Source of the DNA: Marsupella aquatica
Lineage: Eukaryota; Plantae; Marchantiophyta
Assembly: GCA_973895155.1 (NCBI GenBank)
Contig: OZ316891.1
Span: 14,477,037 to 14,541,036 of the forward strand
Length of the DNA stretch: 64,000 nucleotides
Direction: 5' to 3'
This document shows positions 49,099 through 63,030 of this stretch, one piece after another. The stretch's first letter is position 1, and the number at the start of each line of letters is the position of its first letter. Under the pieces are notes generated by a model. The model saw only the letters and a list, made by a program, of their open reading frames with translations. It searched no databases and was not told the origin of the DNA. The position numbers and the translations under genes are program-made.

Positions 49099-52000
49099 AA
49101 TGTTGTCAATCTTGCACTTATTGTAGGGATGTGTTTGCAATTGGCAAACAAGTTATAGGGGATGAATCAAGAGCACTATGCACTGATACATGTCCCCAAA
49201 ACATCATAAGAGTGAATTGAGGGTAAAGAGAGTCTCAATCATAATCACTCTTGAGGTGTTGTAGTATTCACGTGCCTCCTCAACTTGTATAGTACCCTGC
49301 CCTAAAGCACTGCCACCTCAGCCATAAAAGTAAAGCATATACACTAAAACAAAATCTTTGGCATTTATGGATAACTGTTCAGGACCATGTTACTCCGGTT
49401 TTAGATAGATGTATACACACCATTATCTCTAGGATTGCACTTAATTTTTTGTCCTGCCCTGACAACCTCCAAACACTTACACAAAGACAAAAAAGGTGCA
49501 AATCCATGGGGAAAAAGGGTGAGAAAGATCTGCCCTGGCATTTATGGACAATGCACTAAAGAAAAGTGGACTCTACAACATCTAACTATATAATAGCAAT
49601 CAAAATGTACTCTCAGGGCCTATGGTCTATCTGAGGCAAGCCAATGGACCATGACTCTGGGGGCGGAACTGAAAATGGGGTGTGGCTGGGTTTGGGGCAA
49701 AACATTTGAAATGGAGGCAAATGTGTACTGGCAATGGGCTTGAATGTCAACTTTAAGTGAGGAATCCTTTTTTCCAGATGGCTCTTTTGGTCTTCACTTC
49801 TATTTATGTTCAAAGAATGGGCAATCCAGCTAGTTTTATGAATCACACACTATCAATGTTACTTAAAGAAAGCTCTTCTTGTGCGTAGTCATCAAAAGAG
49901 AAAACAATCTTATTGTGTGTGGTCCCTTGTCCTTCACCCCCACACTTGATTGTCTAGGAAGCAGCAGGCTAGGCTTAGAAGTTTATATGTCAATCACCCT
50001 TGTTGACCACTTGAGAATTATGCAGCAACCCAAGAGCACAAAATTAAGGAAATAAATGGATGAGGACCTTGCTAGCTCTGAGGAGGAAGAAAGACTTTAG
50101 GATTTGGCCATGTTCATGGGGTGATTTGCAAGGCAGGTAAAAGAAAGCACCGAGTGCCAAAGGTATCGGGACAGATATATGAAGGTATACAGTCGACACA
50201 ACAATAAATCCAGGAAGACTATTTTGCCTACAATTCAATTTAGTACACAGAGTGAGCATAAGTTCAAGAGAAGGTACATTATGAACAGTCAGTAGGTTGT
50301 CTTGTCATGTCTTGTCTTGTCAGGGTTTGTCTTGTCACCCCTTTGACCTGGAAAGTCTCAAGGTGGCCTCAACAAGCTATCTCCACAATTCTTTGCCTAA
50401 GGGTAACACACAACAGGTGCCACATGATGGAATACATCTATAATGGCATGAAATAAAGCCCTAAGGTAGGAAACAGGTTACACGGCCATGCCCACTAGTT
50501 GGAAGTGTACCAGGTCTGTGACCAGAGAGAGTTTGGTCACAAAAGACCAACAAACTTGCACACATCTGTGGGTTGCAGTCTCCCTCCTTCATGAGTAGTC
50601 ACCAGCCCTCCCTCCCTTATCATGCACTTCCTCCCAGGCAAGATGACAGGTGGACAGGCCTGGTAGTTGCACTGGATCAATGTCCCCAGTTGATTTTGGG
50701 GCTGAATCTGACACACAGTGGTATGGGGAGAGGTTAAGATTCTGAGCCCTCCATTGTTGCCCAATGAGTTTTTTTGGGCACATTTCTGCCAAAATGTCAT
50801 AGATAGGTCACTCAATCTGAACTGTACATAGCAGATGTTTTGATGTTTTTGCATGTAATTCGCCAAGATCTTACAGTCTAGATTTGACCTCCTAAGTTCT
50901 AGCATACTAGATTGTCCATGCAATTAAAATGAAAAGGTACATGGTCACCTCCTGCAAATACTGAGATTGAGCCTTTTTGCTTACTTCCATCCACAATGCA
51001 ATTTGCAATCAAATTCAGTCTGCCTCTCATGACCTCCTTGGGAGAGTAAAGCCATAGATCGTAACTCTCTGGTAAATGTTTTTTCTGGTATTTTAGATTA
51101 CGTCTCATTACAGGCCAGGAGCCCTTCTTCTATGCACACTGGTATTAGGGCTAGTGATTACTGAAAAGCAAGTTGTCTTACACTTGCGTGCATGTTTGAG
51201 ATTTTGAGGTACCAACTGAACTTTTTTAGTTGCAAAAAAATGTCGAACTCCACCTCAATGAAATGGCTTAGCCAATTTGGGCAAAAAAATGTCCAGTCTT
51301 TTGTCTTCAATGAGTGAGTTTCCCACCTAGCCACAGACCTCATTAGCCAATCTGACCATTACAATTCAATATAGGGAGATATGAATGTCAGAAATTAAGC
51401 TAGGGAAATTAGATAAGGAAATATTGTTAGCATCCTCTCCTTCATCCAGGGTGCCATTGGCCACCTTGGCTAAAAGAAAACCCAAAAAATTACCCTGGTA
51501 CCAACACTCTACTATACGTCACTTAGTACCTGAGTCAGAGGTACAGAATTGTACAGCGTTCCATTTGGGAGAGGCCAGAACCACTAATATGGTAATACCT
51601 TACTCCCATTTGAATTCAGGAACTTGAAGTGAGCAAAGAATCAAAAAATTTGTGTTGATTCAAAGCACATTCCTTTGGTGGCCCCAATCTCCACTCATTA
51701 TAAGAGTGTTTTTGGTGCCATTTTGTGCAATTCAGGAAAACATTAACATAATACTTACTCCCACAATTCACTAAATGTGACAAGGACAACTAGAAATTTT
51801 TTTGGTGGAGGCCCTGGCTCAAGATATGCTATGGAGAGTTGTGTTATCAACAAACCTATTTGTACACTCAAGCTTCAGTCGATGAGTCCTTTCCATCATC
51901 TTTTTTTCCAAATGAAGTATGACTTGTCCAGGGTTAAAGAGTTTCACTGATAAGTAGGTTCATTCTTTCCTCCTTTTCAACTGACAAAAGTCATTTACTT

Positions 52001-52928
52001 AGGATTTCTACTCCTTATTGTCCTTCCTTTCATTTGTTTACTCTTCACTTCTCATAGAGATCCCCCCCCCCCCCTTTTCAATTGAAAGAGCTGATGTTTT
52101 CATGCTGGCACTCCAAGCCCATTGAATTCACAAACAGACTATGTAAAATCAGATCAAGGTTTTTTGGGGAATTTTACAATACTAGCCCCGACTACCCGTT
52201 CTTTGAATGTGAATAGCGGAGAGGACAATAAAAATATTATCAAAATATATTCTCTATTCATATTCTTTGAAGGTTAATGAAATGATAAAGAACTCATCAT
52301 TTTAATAGTCATATATAATATACCATTCTCCTTTATGCGCACATCAGTCTTTTTGTATGCACATTCATCTTCTATGCACTATGTTGTGGTGGGGTCATAG
52401 TGCCATATTTTTAGAATGTAAATACTTAAAAATTATCACAAAATTTTTGCATGTATAGGTTGACATACATCATAGTCATGTCACCAATTCATGTCACCAA
52501 TTTTTCCCATGCACATGATGGCCATAGCGTCCCTTGAAGAGCACTCAACAACCATGAAGGACCTCAGTATCAGCTTTCTTAGCATAACAACGAAATCGAT
52601 GCTATGTCTTGTGAGAAATGTGATGTGCACACACAAAACGCAAACACGCGCAGCACAGTCATGATTGCCGTTAACATTTTCTGTGGTGCTACACATCAGT
52701 GAGTGGAGGGAGACGCGCAAATCAAACTTCTGTGGCAAACGCAAATTGAGGAGAGACCATTCATGGCAGCCAGCAGTTAGTCCGATTGATCGGCTTGCGT
52801 GCCTGCCAAGGGCGCAGTGCACTTCCTGCAGACGAAAAACAATCGTGATTGATAGATTCATTTACGTTTGACGACGAACCTCTACTAACTGGAGAGATGG
52901 GGATGACCTTACGAGGTCGGTATTTACT

Positions 52929-52979
52929 TTCTTCTTCTTCTTCTTCTTCTTCTTCTTCTTCTTCTTCTTCTTCTTCTTC
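52929..52979. repeat. (TTC)n microsatellite near the probable 5' end of VPS55
   Basis: About 17 tandem TTC units read directly. Confidence 0.9.
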
Positions 52980-54251
52980 TCGTCTGTGTTTGTTTGTTTG
53001 GTACAGAGTTCCTGATAGATAGATCGAGAGATATTTAGATAGATACTGTTCGTAGAGCGTGCACAATTTGTTCCGAAAAGTACTTGTAAGAAGTGATACC
53101 TCGCGAGATGGAATAGTTTGCTGTCTGCCTGAAGAATTATCGTTCTGCTTAGGTTAATGACACCGACTCACCTTTTACGAATAAGAGGTTTCCAGCCGCC
53201 CGCCTGCTTACATTAAGTATAGTGCACTCCGTCCCTTTGGCGGGCCGGCAGGCGGCCAGTGGACTTAGGATAATTAGACTTCATAGGTGTAGGAAGTCTT
53301 TCTACCTCTTTCTCACATACAGACACATATCTCATTCTTTCGAGGAACGAACCTTTTGCAGTGAGTTGTTCAATTGTTATTAATGAATCGAGTGGTGAGA
53401 TGGATGGGCTGCACATTGCACAGATGGGATGGGGCCGGGAGAAGGAGAGCAATGGATATAGTCTCATTTTCTAATCCCACGTGCTGTCAAAGCTCTCGCT
53501 GAGAGTGGGAAAGAAAATGTGCTAATGAAGAGTGTGAATTACTCTAGAGATTTATTTGTTGGATGTCGAGTGGGACTACTTCCCTTAGATCTTACATTAC
53601 CCGACTACTTACGCTGAAAGCGTACATCAGGCCTGAAATGTTAGAATCACCTTAGGACCATTGAAGATCGGACTCTCAGCTGGAGTTACTTTTGTGAAGC
53701 AAGAGATAGTCGGGCCGAAAAAATGAGAACATGATGTGACATCAGTTTATTTGATCGGGGATGGGGCGATTTTGGTTCAATTCTGAGAGCTCTGAGCTCT
53801 TTGTGTTGTTCTCTCTCTTCTTAGAAAGAGTTTTGAATCACCCCCATCTGGACAGTAAGTGGTAGTTGCTCCTGGGTTTTGACAATTGAATGTTTGAGGA
53901 GTTTGACAGAATCTCACGGAGATGCTGTTCTTAGCATATATGAGATAGTCTTCAAGACCTTTCGTCTAGATTTTGGTGCCCTCTAGTTTTGAAGTTATGT
54001 TGTGCACCGTATTATCCGAATTTGGGATTCCTCTCCCCTCATGTTTTTGTCACCTTCATTCGTCAGTGCATATGAACTAATTCTAATTAACGTAACTTGG
54101 TTTGTCCGTGTGCATACGCTTTATAACGATGGTGTTTGGGGTGGATGGCCGGTGAATGTGGTGGCTTGTCTTTCAAATCGGTGCTTACAATTGCGAGCAG
54201 TGTGAGTCTTCATCCTTTGTGACGAGCACAGGAAATTGTAGGCAGCATGTG

Positions 54252-55793
54252 ATGGCGGACTGGGCCTCTTACTTTGATGGTTGCTTCGGACCATGCAGGC
54301 TAGCTGGATTGGCGTTCATGTTTTCTGTGGGCATTCTCATGCAAATCCTGGTATGTTGGAATTCTTGTCGTTGTATTTCACGATTATCTACTGTCCCTGG
54401 AAAGATAAGGATGAATGAGTGAGAAACAGTGGCATAATGCTCATTGTGTTATCTTTGTATCGGGAGCTCAATTCCTCCATAAAGCGTTCTAAAAGCCAAG
54501 TAATGGCCGAGCTCTTCAAGATATTCCTAATTAAAGTCAAGAAGACTGCCCATCAACATCACACACTTGTGGCAAGTCGTGTAGGCTGTACGTGGAATAC
54601 TAGGATTGGCCTCTTCTTTTGTTTCACAGGAAACTACTTGACTAAGGAAACGCAAGAATCTGACTCATGCAAACGCATTTCATTTTCTATTACCACAATC
54701 GGCGTATATATTCCAGTATGAAGGGAGTCTGTCGTTGGGATAAGAGCTGTTCAATTTGTGTGTTATTGTCTCTTCTGTTTCATTCTCGTGGCGGGGCTTT
54801 CATAGGCCCTAGTTGTTTGTAGGTTGTGATCTTCATACTCTTTTCAGCTTACTTTCTTCAGTGAAGAACAAGAACTCTTTTCCTTCAAGTCTGTCCTCGA
54901 CATGTGGACCTCAAGTCCTCCCCCTAGTGTGTAATTCGGCCCTGTTGCATAAACAAGTAGAGAAATTCTCAATATCAGCACTGTAACCGTTCATCCCAAA
55001 TCACTTTTGTTTGCTTGTATTCGATAAACGTGAGTGCATGGAAACCTCGCAGGTTTTTAAATTGTTTAAATGATTCAGGCCTAATTGAGCACCCTCTCAC
55101 TCAACAGCTTCTCGCTTTTTACAATGACCATTGAGTTCCATCTTTATGCAGGGTTGTGCATTATACAACAATTGGTGGCCGATGCTTTCAGGTATGCAGC
55201 ATGGTCGTCAATTGAAGATATTTCCATGATTGAATGTATGTGTACGCAAGGTTCGTCTTCCACCAAATTGTATATTTCGAATGTTTTGTTTTATGTATTT
55301 TAGTTGATGGTGCAGGGTAGAGAAATTCTGACGGGTGATTGTATTGCTTTGTTTGCAGCGCTTATGTATGTCTTGGTTCCAATGCCTTGCTTGTTTTTTG
55401 GAGGTGGTTCTGCTTCAGACTTCGTCATAATGTCAGGAGAAGGAGAGTAAGTTTCCTACAGTTCACTGAATTTCTTTGGGTATCTGCTTTGTCAGTCGTA
55501 GTTGTTCGTCTTTCTTAACATATAGAATGTTCCCCGGCCTCTCCTTCCTGTTTCACCTGGCGAATATGCAGCTTGCATATTAATGATGTTGTTTTGCGTG
55601 TAGCTGGATGGACGCAGCAAAGTTTCTGACGGGCTTTTCAGCAGTGGGCAGTGTCGCAATTCCAGCTATTTTGTATCATGCACAGTTGATAAAATTGGGT
55701 GCAATGATTTTTGAGCTTTTATCTTTTGTAATTTTGCTAGGTACTGTGCTTTTGTTCCAAAAAGTTAGCCAAGAAGATGATTGGTCAGTGTGA
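54252..55793 (+). CDS. VPS55: Vacuolar protein sorting 55 (OB-RGRP/Vps55 family; 138 aa, 4 coding exons)
   Basis: Exons 54252-54350, 55152-55191, 55359-55446, 55604-55793 (417 nt, GT-AG, phases consistent). LAGLAFMFSVGILMQILGCALYNNWWPMLSALMYVLVPMPCLFFGGG...WMDAAKFLTGFSAVGSVAIPAILYHA. Confidence 0.94.
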
Positions 55794-57505
55794 TACTCCC
55801 CGTCGCACATGTCAGTGATTTGACATACTGTAATTCATCTGTATATTAATTTGTCTGAGACGGATCTCATTGTTGTCACTTTTAGGATATAAATGATGCA
55901 GGAAATGCTCCAAATTTACATAGTACCAAGCTTATGAATATTTATGAAGCTTGTATGAAGGGAATGATGTGACTTTTTGGAGATACTACTGATGGTCAAC
56001 CTGATGCTCTCATTTTTGGCCCAAAACGATGAGCTTCCTGTAGCGTTGGCATTTATTCCTCCTGTGAAAGCTGTTTGTGAAAACTTGGTGGAGGGGCAAA
56101 CGGAAGGGTTGATAAAAACTCCCCAGCCTTTGGATCAGATATGGAAGCTTACATACTGAATTGCATTGCTGTGCTCCAATTCAGTCTCTATTGAATGGAA
56201 AATGCCTCAGTTCGTGATTTTCGGAGCTTAAACATAGGAAACGGCAGGTCGGTCCTGCATTTGAAGTTTACTGCGGAGCGTGATGGGTTAACTTCAGTAA
56301 GTGCGTTAAGAATGGTGGGGTGTACCACCATGGTATGATGTTGATTCAGTTGTGCTTACTCTCTTAAAAGCATTTTATGTGTGCAACAATGATAGCAACG
56401 TGTACCGCGGAGTTAGTGCTAGCTGTTTGATAATGTAATGAATGCAAGAAAGAGGGTTTTCGTCGGTTAATAAAGTGAGCTTACATCCTAGGTGATGTAA
56501 GGAAAAAGCGCGTTGAGGAGGGGAGGAAAGAGACTGACTAATTACAATTGTGGTTGAGGGATTATTATTGGTCAACAAAGTGGGTCGCAAGCCATTGTCA
56601 TGCATGACCTATGAGGGTATGTCTCTCATTGAAGTGATGCAGTAAACATTGCTGAAATGGCTGAAATGTATGAACGTGGAAGCAGCAGACAAAAATGCCA
56701 GGCTATACGACATTCCCAACAGACAGAGATTGCCTTACGTGCATCATTTGACATTACATCAGGATTGCCCTAGCCGCGATACAGATGATTGTGTGACAAT
56801 GTCACAAATGAGTTTGGATCTGTACTAATTGGTATCCTAGGCATTTAGCCTAGGAAGGAAGATGCATTTAGCCTAGGAAAGAAGAGCAGCGGAGAGGAAG
56901 TAAAAGGATTACCAAACAGCAGCCCCGTTCTGTGTAGAAGTGAGATGTCAACGAAGATACAGAAACTAGAGTGCAGGTCCATTCTATAATCAACTTCCCA
57001 ATGATCTGGAAATATTTGAGACAGAAAGGTTGGCTTAGATCTGAACGTCAATCCCAGTTTCTCGCAGCTTATCACGTCAAAATCACAACTCGAGTGCAAA
57101 CAAGCCCAGGAAAATATTAAGGAGCATTCGTTATAATGTTACAGTGCTACACACAATTCGTGCAATATCTGCACCTAAGAAATTCTTTCAGTTCCACTTT
57201 ATTTTTGGCTTCCAGACGCATCCAAAGGTTTCTTTCTTTCCAACATGGAACGTCTGCCCGACATTTGTCCTAACACATGGAAATTTTATACTCAGGTGGA
57301 CCTTCCCCCGCATCAATTGGCAAAGTGAGTTCCCTTCAAAACCATACGCACGGGACTGCACTTTTCCCGCTGTTCTTGATCTTTGGTTTGAAGCATGTGA
57401 GAAGTTGTCTACACATTTCCTCACTTCAGGCAAGGACGACGGTAGACGGTGTGAATAAAATATTCACACCTTACGTGGGGCAGTGTTCCACTTTCCAGAT
57501 CGTCT

Positions 57506-57805
57506 CCTGACCATCTTCAAGCCTTCCCTTGGCAACCATTGCTAGGAGTGATGCAAAAGAAGGTCAAGCGAAAATCTAGGTCTGGCGAAAACCAGACTGT
57601 TTTACGAATTCTGTAGGAGGCTTTTCCCTACTGTTTGCATGATTTTTCTTCACACCTTCAGATTACCTCCTGACCACCTTCAAGCCTTCCCTCGGAAACC
57701 AGTGCAGGGAGTGACGCAAAAGAAGGTTAAGCGAAAATATACATGTGGCGATAATTAAGTGTTTTAGGAATTCTGTAGATAGTTTTTCCCTTCTGTTGCG
57801 TGATT
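57506..57805. repeat. Diverged tandem duplication (about 163-bp period)
   Basis: CCTGACCA.CTTCAAGCCTTCCCT.GG.AACCA.TGC..GGAGTGA.GCAAAAGAAGGT.AAGCGAAAAT...GAATTCTGTAG at 57506 and 57669. Confidence 0.85.
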
Positions 57806-58848
57806 GAGCTGCACTTTGTACACTCAATAGTTTGTAGAGCCATCTACTTGACCTGCAAGCTGCAAATTGTAGTGAGAACAACTGGAGCTGACTTGTTCAA
57901 TATATGGCATTGAACTCATCCAGGTAGAGAAAGGCGCGAAAGACTATCACCAACTCTTTTACACCAAAGGAGTGCAAAACAGTTACAAAGCTATAGCAAT
58001 TTTAGGTGGTAGAAACTACAATCGACAACGTACGCGACAGAGTAAAGTCGAGGCTTACCAATGCTATCATAAACTGATCGAAGTGAGAGATAGCAGCAGT
58101 ACGATCACTCCTATAAGTTCTCGTAATTACTGAAGTACTCCTCAGGTTTTCGGAATTACAAAGTAACAGGCTGCATACATAGCCCAGATCTAAACGAGGA
58201 TAGGGACAGCAGCAGAGTAAGGCTAACCGCTGATATGCACACACTTTCCGATCGTCTCTTTCCTCATTTACACCGAGTCCCGTCTGAAGTCTTAATGCCA
58301 CGGAGAGGTATCTGGTAATTAGTGAAAGAGGAGGTGCACTTACATCCCTAGAGAAACCAGCCACAATCCATCTTGGCCATGCTTTTCCAGCCAACAGTAA
58401 AACACTAAAATTCGGAATGCTCATTCCTAATATCGAAGACAAAGACCTCTGAATTGCTTAACGTCTTTGAAGATATTCTTCTTTTCCTTAAAAGCCTGCA
58501 TTGGCTTCATAAAAGAGGGATGTCTTTGAAGTAAACCCCCACGTAAGCTAGTAATTTGATTGAAAACATGGACTGAATGCTCCCAACCAAAAGATCAAGA
58601 CTGTATCACTGGGCACTAATGAATACAACACACTCACCCAAGAATGGGCAGACAAAGATACCCACATGGTCCGAAAAATCCGCCACAGGAACACGGAACT
58701 GTGAATGCAACACTAAAACTAGAACTCAAATTGTAAAGATAAACCTAGCTTTACTCAATGAATGTCAGACAGAATTTGCTTATTCCTCTGGCTCGTGTTT
58801 GCACTCTTTACAATTGTAGACTAGCTAGGAAACTATAACACTGTTTCA

Positions 58849-61833
58849 CTAAAACTCCTGGCTGTCAGATAGGTCGGACCTCATAGGGTAATCAAGGCCA
58901 TGAAGTACTTCCATCTTCCTCAAATCTTCATCAGCATACAGTGGAAGCACCCAGTATAGCTTTCGTGAGCCAAACACCTTGCATTGATACATACAAGGCG
59001 ACAGTGTCAAATTTCTAGATACGAACAATCAAATATTCGTTAGTCACATATGTCGCTCAACAAGCCACGAGCAGCTGCCCAATTCAGGTTGTGTCCGACT
59101 AATACCCTATACATAAAGACACGGTATGTCGAGAGGCCCGCATTACAAAGCAATTCCATTACTCCAATCCACATGCTTGCCTGCGACTCTATCATTAAGC
59201 TCTAAGTAGCTGTTAATAGGCCAAACATGTAGTAAAATAGACCACAGGGATAAGCACATACCTGCTCAAAATTTTTCCTGCGACCAAGATCAAATCTCCA
59301 CCTGGTAGTGGCCTTCTTCTCATAAGCCTGCGACAGTGAAATTATCAAGTTCATGGCATCATCTGAAAAATACCTGACACACAAAAAAGAAATCTTGCTC
59401 TTCGTTCGTTCAACAAAAAGGAAGAATCGAAGGAGTTTAAGTACTAGGGTTTCCTTTAGCAAGAAAATTGTTCATGCTTCAAACTCATCGAACCAAAGTC
59501 ACGCTTAGCAATCCGGTGTCGTCGAAACTTTTCATTCACAGGTATTAAAATTACCTCAATCGTAGTTGTGTTCCCAGACACAAGTGATACATGCATTATT
59601 AAGAAACCGAGAACACTCAGCGCAAAGGCGAGATTAAGCACTGCACAAAGATGAAAATTTGAGTCAAAACCGATTTATTAAACAAGATTGAAAATCCGAA
59701 ATTTCCTGACAGACTACGCCACACCGCAGAATGTCCATATATCCAAAAGGCAAACATGTGAAGAACACAGTCTGAGGACCAAGTAACAATACCAATGTGG
59801 TATCAAGGAATTTACCGAAACCAAGAAATGTAGTTGCAAGGTTGCCAGGAAGCGAAGCCTCGTCATCCACGTCACTAAAAAATGCAATAAAATGGGGCAG
59901 GAGCGAAACCGACACCAATGTCGTCTCCAAGAATGTATACAGCTGCAAAATTTGAGATACAAGTACCCAGTTAAAACTCTGCGATAAGCAGAACGGGAAC
60001 GTGGCATAAGATGGCACTTTTGAACGGCATAAGCTCTAATTGTGCCCCAAAAGTACAAAACTGAAATTCATTTTCAGTTCTGTTCAGTCCTTTTCTTCAA
60101 CAAACTCGTCTATAAATTTGCCAAGAATCCAAAATGACGAAAACTTGATGTGATCGAGCAGTGAGAAATCTTAATCACGCTGTGCCTTCATACACTTGAG
60201 CATTAAATGACTCAGGCAGATCAACCTATCTACGTAGCCTTTTTTTCTTGCGAACTATGTACACAAGCAAGATGTGCACGGCTTTACTACCTATGATACA
60301 CAGCATCACGTAGAGGGAGGAAATGAACAGCTAGAAACTTTCAAGCATAAAGGGGAAAGATTTTTCCTTGCATACATATATTTATAAATAATTTACCACC
60401 GAACCAAATGCCGAGCCATACACATGGTAGTAGCGTTATAGACAATTACAAGGAAAAGAAGAAAATATTTGTAGTTGCGTGCACCAACACAGTTGACCAC
60501 CCACACACAATGGTGATCCATCTTCAAGATACAGCGCCCACCTATCACAGACAGTATCCACAGTCAGAAAAAAGTGACCTTCTCCTTGGCGACATCCATT
60601 TACTGTCGGCCCAACATATGGATGCTTGGAGAATTCGCTAGCCACTTCAAACTGCTAAACAGTGAGGCACCCTTTCTTAATGACATAAGTCTTATCTTTG
60701 TGATCCTTTGTAACCATACAACAGACAGATTTGAAGGGCCTTTACTCATTCCTTCTTAAACCCACGCCGGTCCTTAAAACTGTGGTCCAGCACTAGGAAA
60801 AACGTATTTACAGTTTCAGCAAAACCTGCCATCTCATCAAGACCCCTGACTTTCACTCTACCGGATGCACCAAGAAGTTCTTGTAAAGTCTAAAAGGTGA
60901 ATTGACAAACAACAGTTTCACAAAGTCAACGAAACCTGTAGGACGAACTTACAAACTGAGCAGTGATGGCAGCGAGGAGGTTTAAATTGGTTGCATTTTC
61001 TACAGTATCGTATTCTGGGTAGTGCTGAATTCGTAGATGGATGCATGTTAGTCCCAGCAGCGGCAGGATTAGCAGCCATTTGCAGTGACGACTGTGCTTC
61101 CATGTCCTCGTCCTCTGGTATAGGCCTCCAGGTGGCAGGAACACCACCGGGGTCTGTCAGGACCACCGTGAAATAGCACCACAAGAGCATGACAAGCTGC
61201 ATGCAAAAATCCCACTTCCATGTAAATATTTACCTAGAATTAGTCCATTCACTTAATAAAAACCAAGAAGGTAACCAATTAAACTGTAAGGGCTTTACAA
61301 TTTATTCTTAGTATCGAAGGACGAAGGACGGCGGCTGGACTAGCACCGTTCGGCCAACTCAGTCTCCACTACTACCTTTATCTTCCCAAGAATATATAGG
61401 GAAGACTTGCTACTTTGCCGTCAAATTTAGGGTGGAGAAAGAGAACATCTGTTGCATCACTGACAATATGGAATAACGTAGAAACGTTGCGTAGATCAAC
61501 TGCCCAACACTGTCACGCCGGGGAACCGAGTGAGCACAATCACGAATCTGGGAAAGAAAATCAACAACAAGCGACTGAACGGCAAGATGAAGGATGGGAT
61601 GGGATGGGATGGGATGGCATGGATAGGATGGATCCCTTTCTCACCAGGACATGGAAAAGAAGTAAGACCACCAAGGCAATAGCAGTGTGAGAACCACCCT
61701 TGAGGACCTCCAAGCCATAATTGGAGACCACTACTGCATAGTAAGACACGGCCACTACTGCAAGGACGACGAGAATCATAATTGACCCCACCACACGCAG
61801 CCCCGTGCAGAATTGGAAAACGTTCCACGCCAT
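58849..61833 (-). CDS. DHHC protein S-acyltransferase, PAT12/13/14 clade (310 aa, 7 exons)
   Basis: Exons 61833-61645, 61196-60953, 60541-60450, 59942-59816, 59640-59555, 59327-59262, 58977-58849 (933 nt, in frame). [13 protein letters not shown] start, [61 protein letters not shown]. Confidence 0.96.
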
Positions 61834-63030
61834 TGCGAAGCGAGGCCTACTCAGAAGGGCCCGAATTATTGGCAAATGCCTCCAGCCCGTAACTCCAGAA
61901 CCCCTCCTTAACGCTCTCCACGCCAGGTTGACAGTAGTTTCTAGCAGTAGTAGTATCGTCTCCACAGCAGGATCGCAGCACTCGTGAATGTCAGAATAAG
62001 TTCGAGCAGCGCCTTCTTGAGTAACATAGAAATCAATCGTCGGTCGGTCGGTGGATAGAGGCGGCCACTACAGATGCAATCCCTCCCTTGTTCTTTCCTC
62101 GGGTCTAGAGAGAGAGAACGGAGTAGTCGAGAACTTCATGATACCGATTAGCCGTACATTTAAAAGTAGATGATAATGATATTCCACTCCGTTGCGAGCT
62201 GACTGCCCGCCAGCATGAAATTCTCCGTTCCTCAGGAAACCCAAGAGAGGCCAGTTTGCAACCACCTGATTCGTCCCAGGACAGAGAAAAAAGAGCGACC
62301 TAGTCCGAAGCCCAAGCATGAGACCCTCTATCGCGCCTAGCAACAAAGTCTCCGAGTGAGACCGTCGGTAGGTCGTTAGAGCTCCAGTTGAACAATGAAT
62401 GACACACAAACCGCAATCCGAGACCAGCAGGAACTTCGTCAGAACAATGTCATCGCATGCATGAACGACGATCGAGCAACTAAGTTAAAATCCTTCTCCG
62501 ACCATGAACTTACTGCTGAGAGGACAACAATGCCCGATTGAGAGCTTCCTGCTGGTTCACGCCGAGCAAAAATTGAGCGATGCTCTGACTCATCACTCTG
62601 ACTAAACCCTCGCTCCCTTCCTTTCTCAGTTGCTTCCGGAGCCAATTATGAAGTTGAAATCACAGAGAGCGATTAAGCATACTATACGAGGCGGTCACGT
62701 CAGCGCAAGACTCGGTCACCAGAAGTGCGATATCGTCTCTCTCTCAATCTCTTCTTTCTCTAGCAGCAAAATGGACTCTCTGGAATGTCTTCTGGGCTCC
62801 ACCATACTTCCTTCCTTTCCCCCCTTCGTCGGTTCCTTCCTTCCTGCTCTGCTTCTGAAGTGGTACTTTTCTGGGAAGGCAAAGCAGCCGGCTCCTCGAT
62901 TGCTTTTCGTCGTCTTCGATCCTCCACCACCTTGGTACAGTGAAATGAACGAACGCTACTGTAGTAATCGGTAATCCGTTGCTTGCTCGTTGGCCACGGG
63001 CCAAGGAGACAAACCCCAAACCCGAGCAAG

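Noticed and set aside
49600-51800. Possible LINE or other TE remnant
   Set aside because: Fragmentary ORFs with no diagnostic endonuclease or RT motif; left unassigned pending a translated search.
58569-58583. TGGACTGAATGCTCC resembling miR319
   Set aside because: Partial gapped match with no hairpin.
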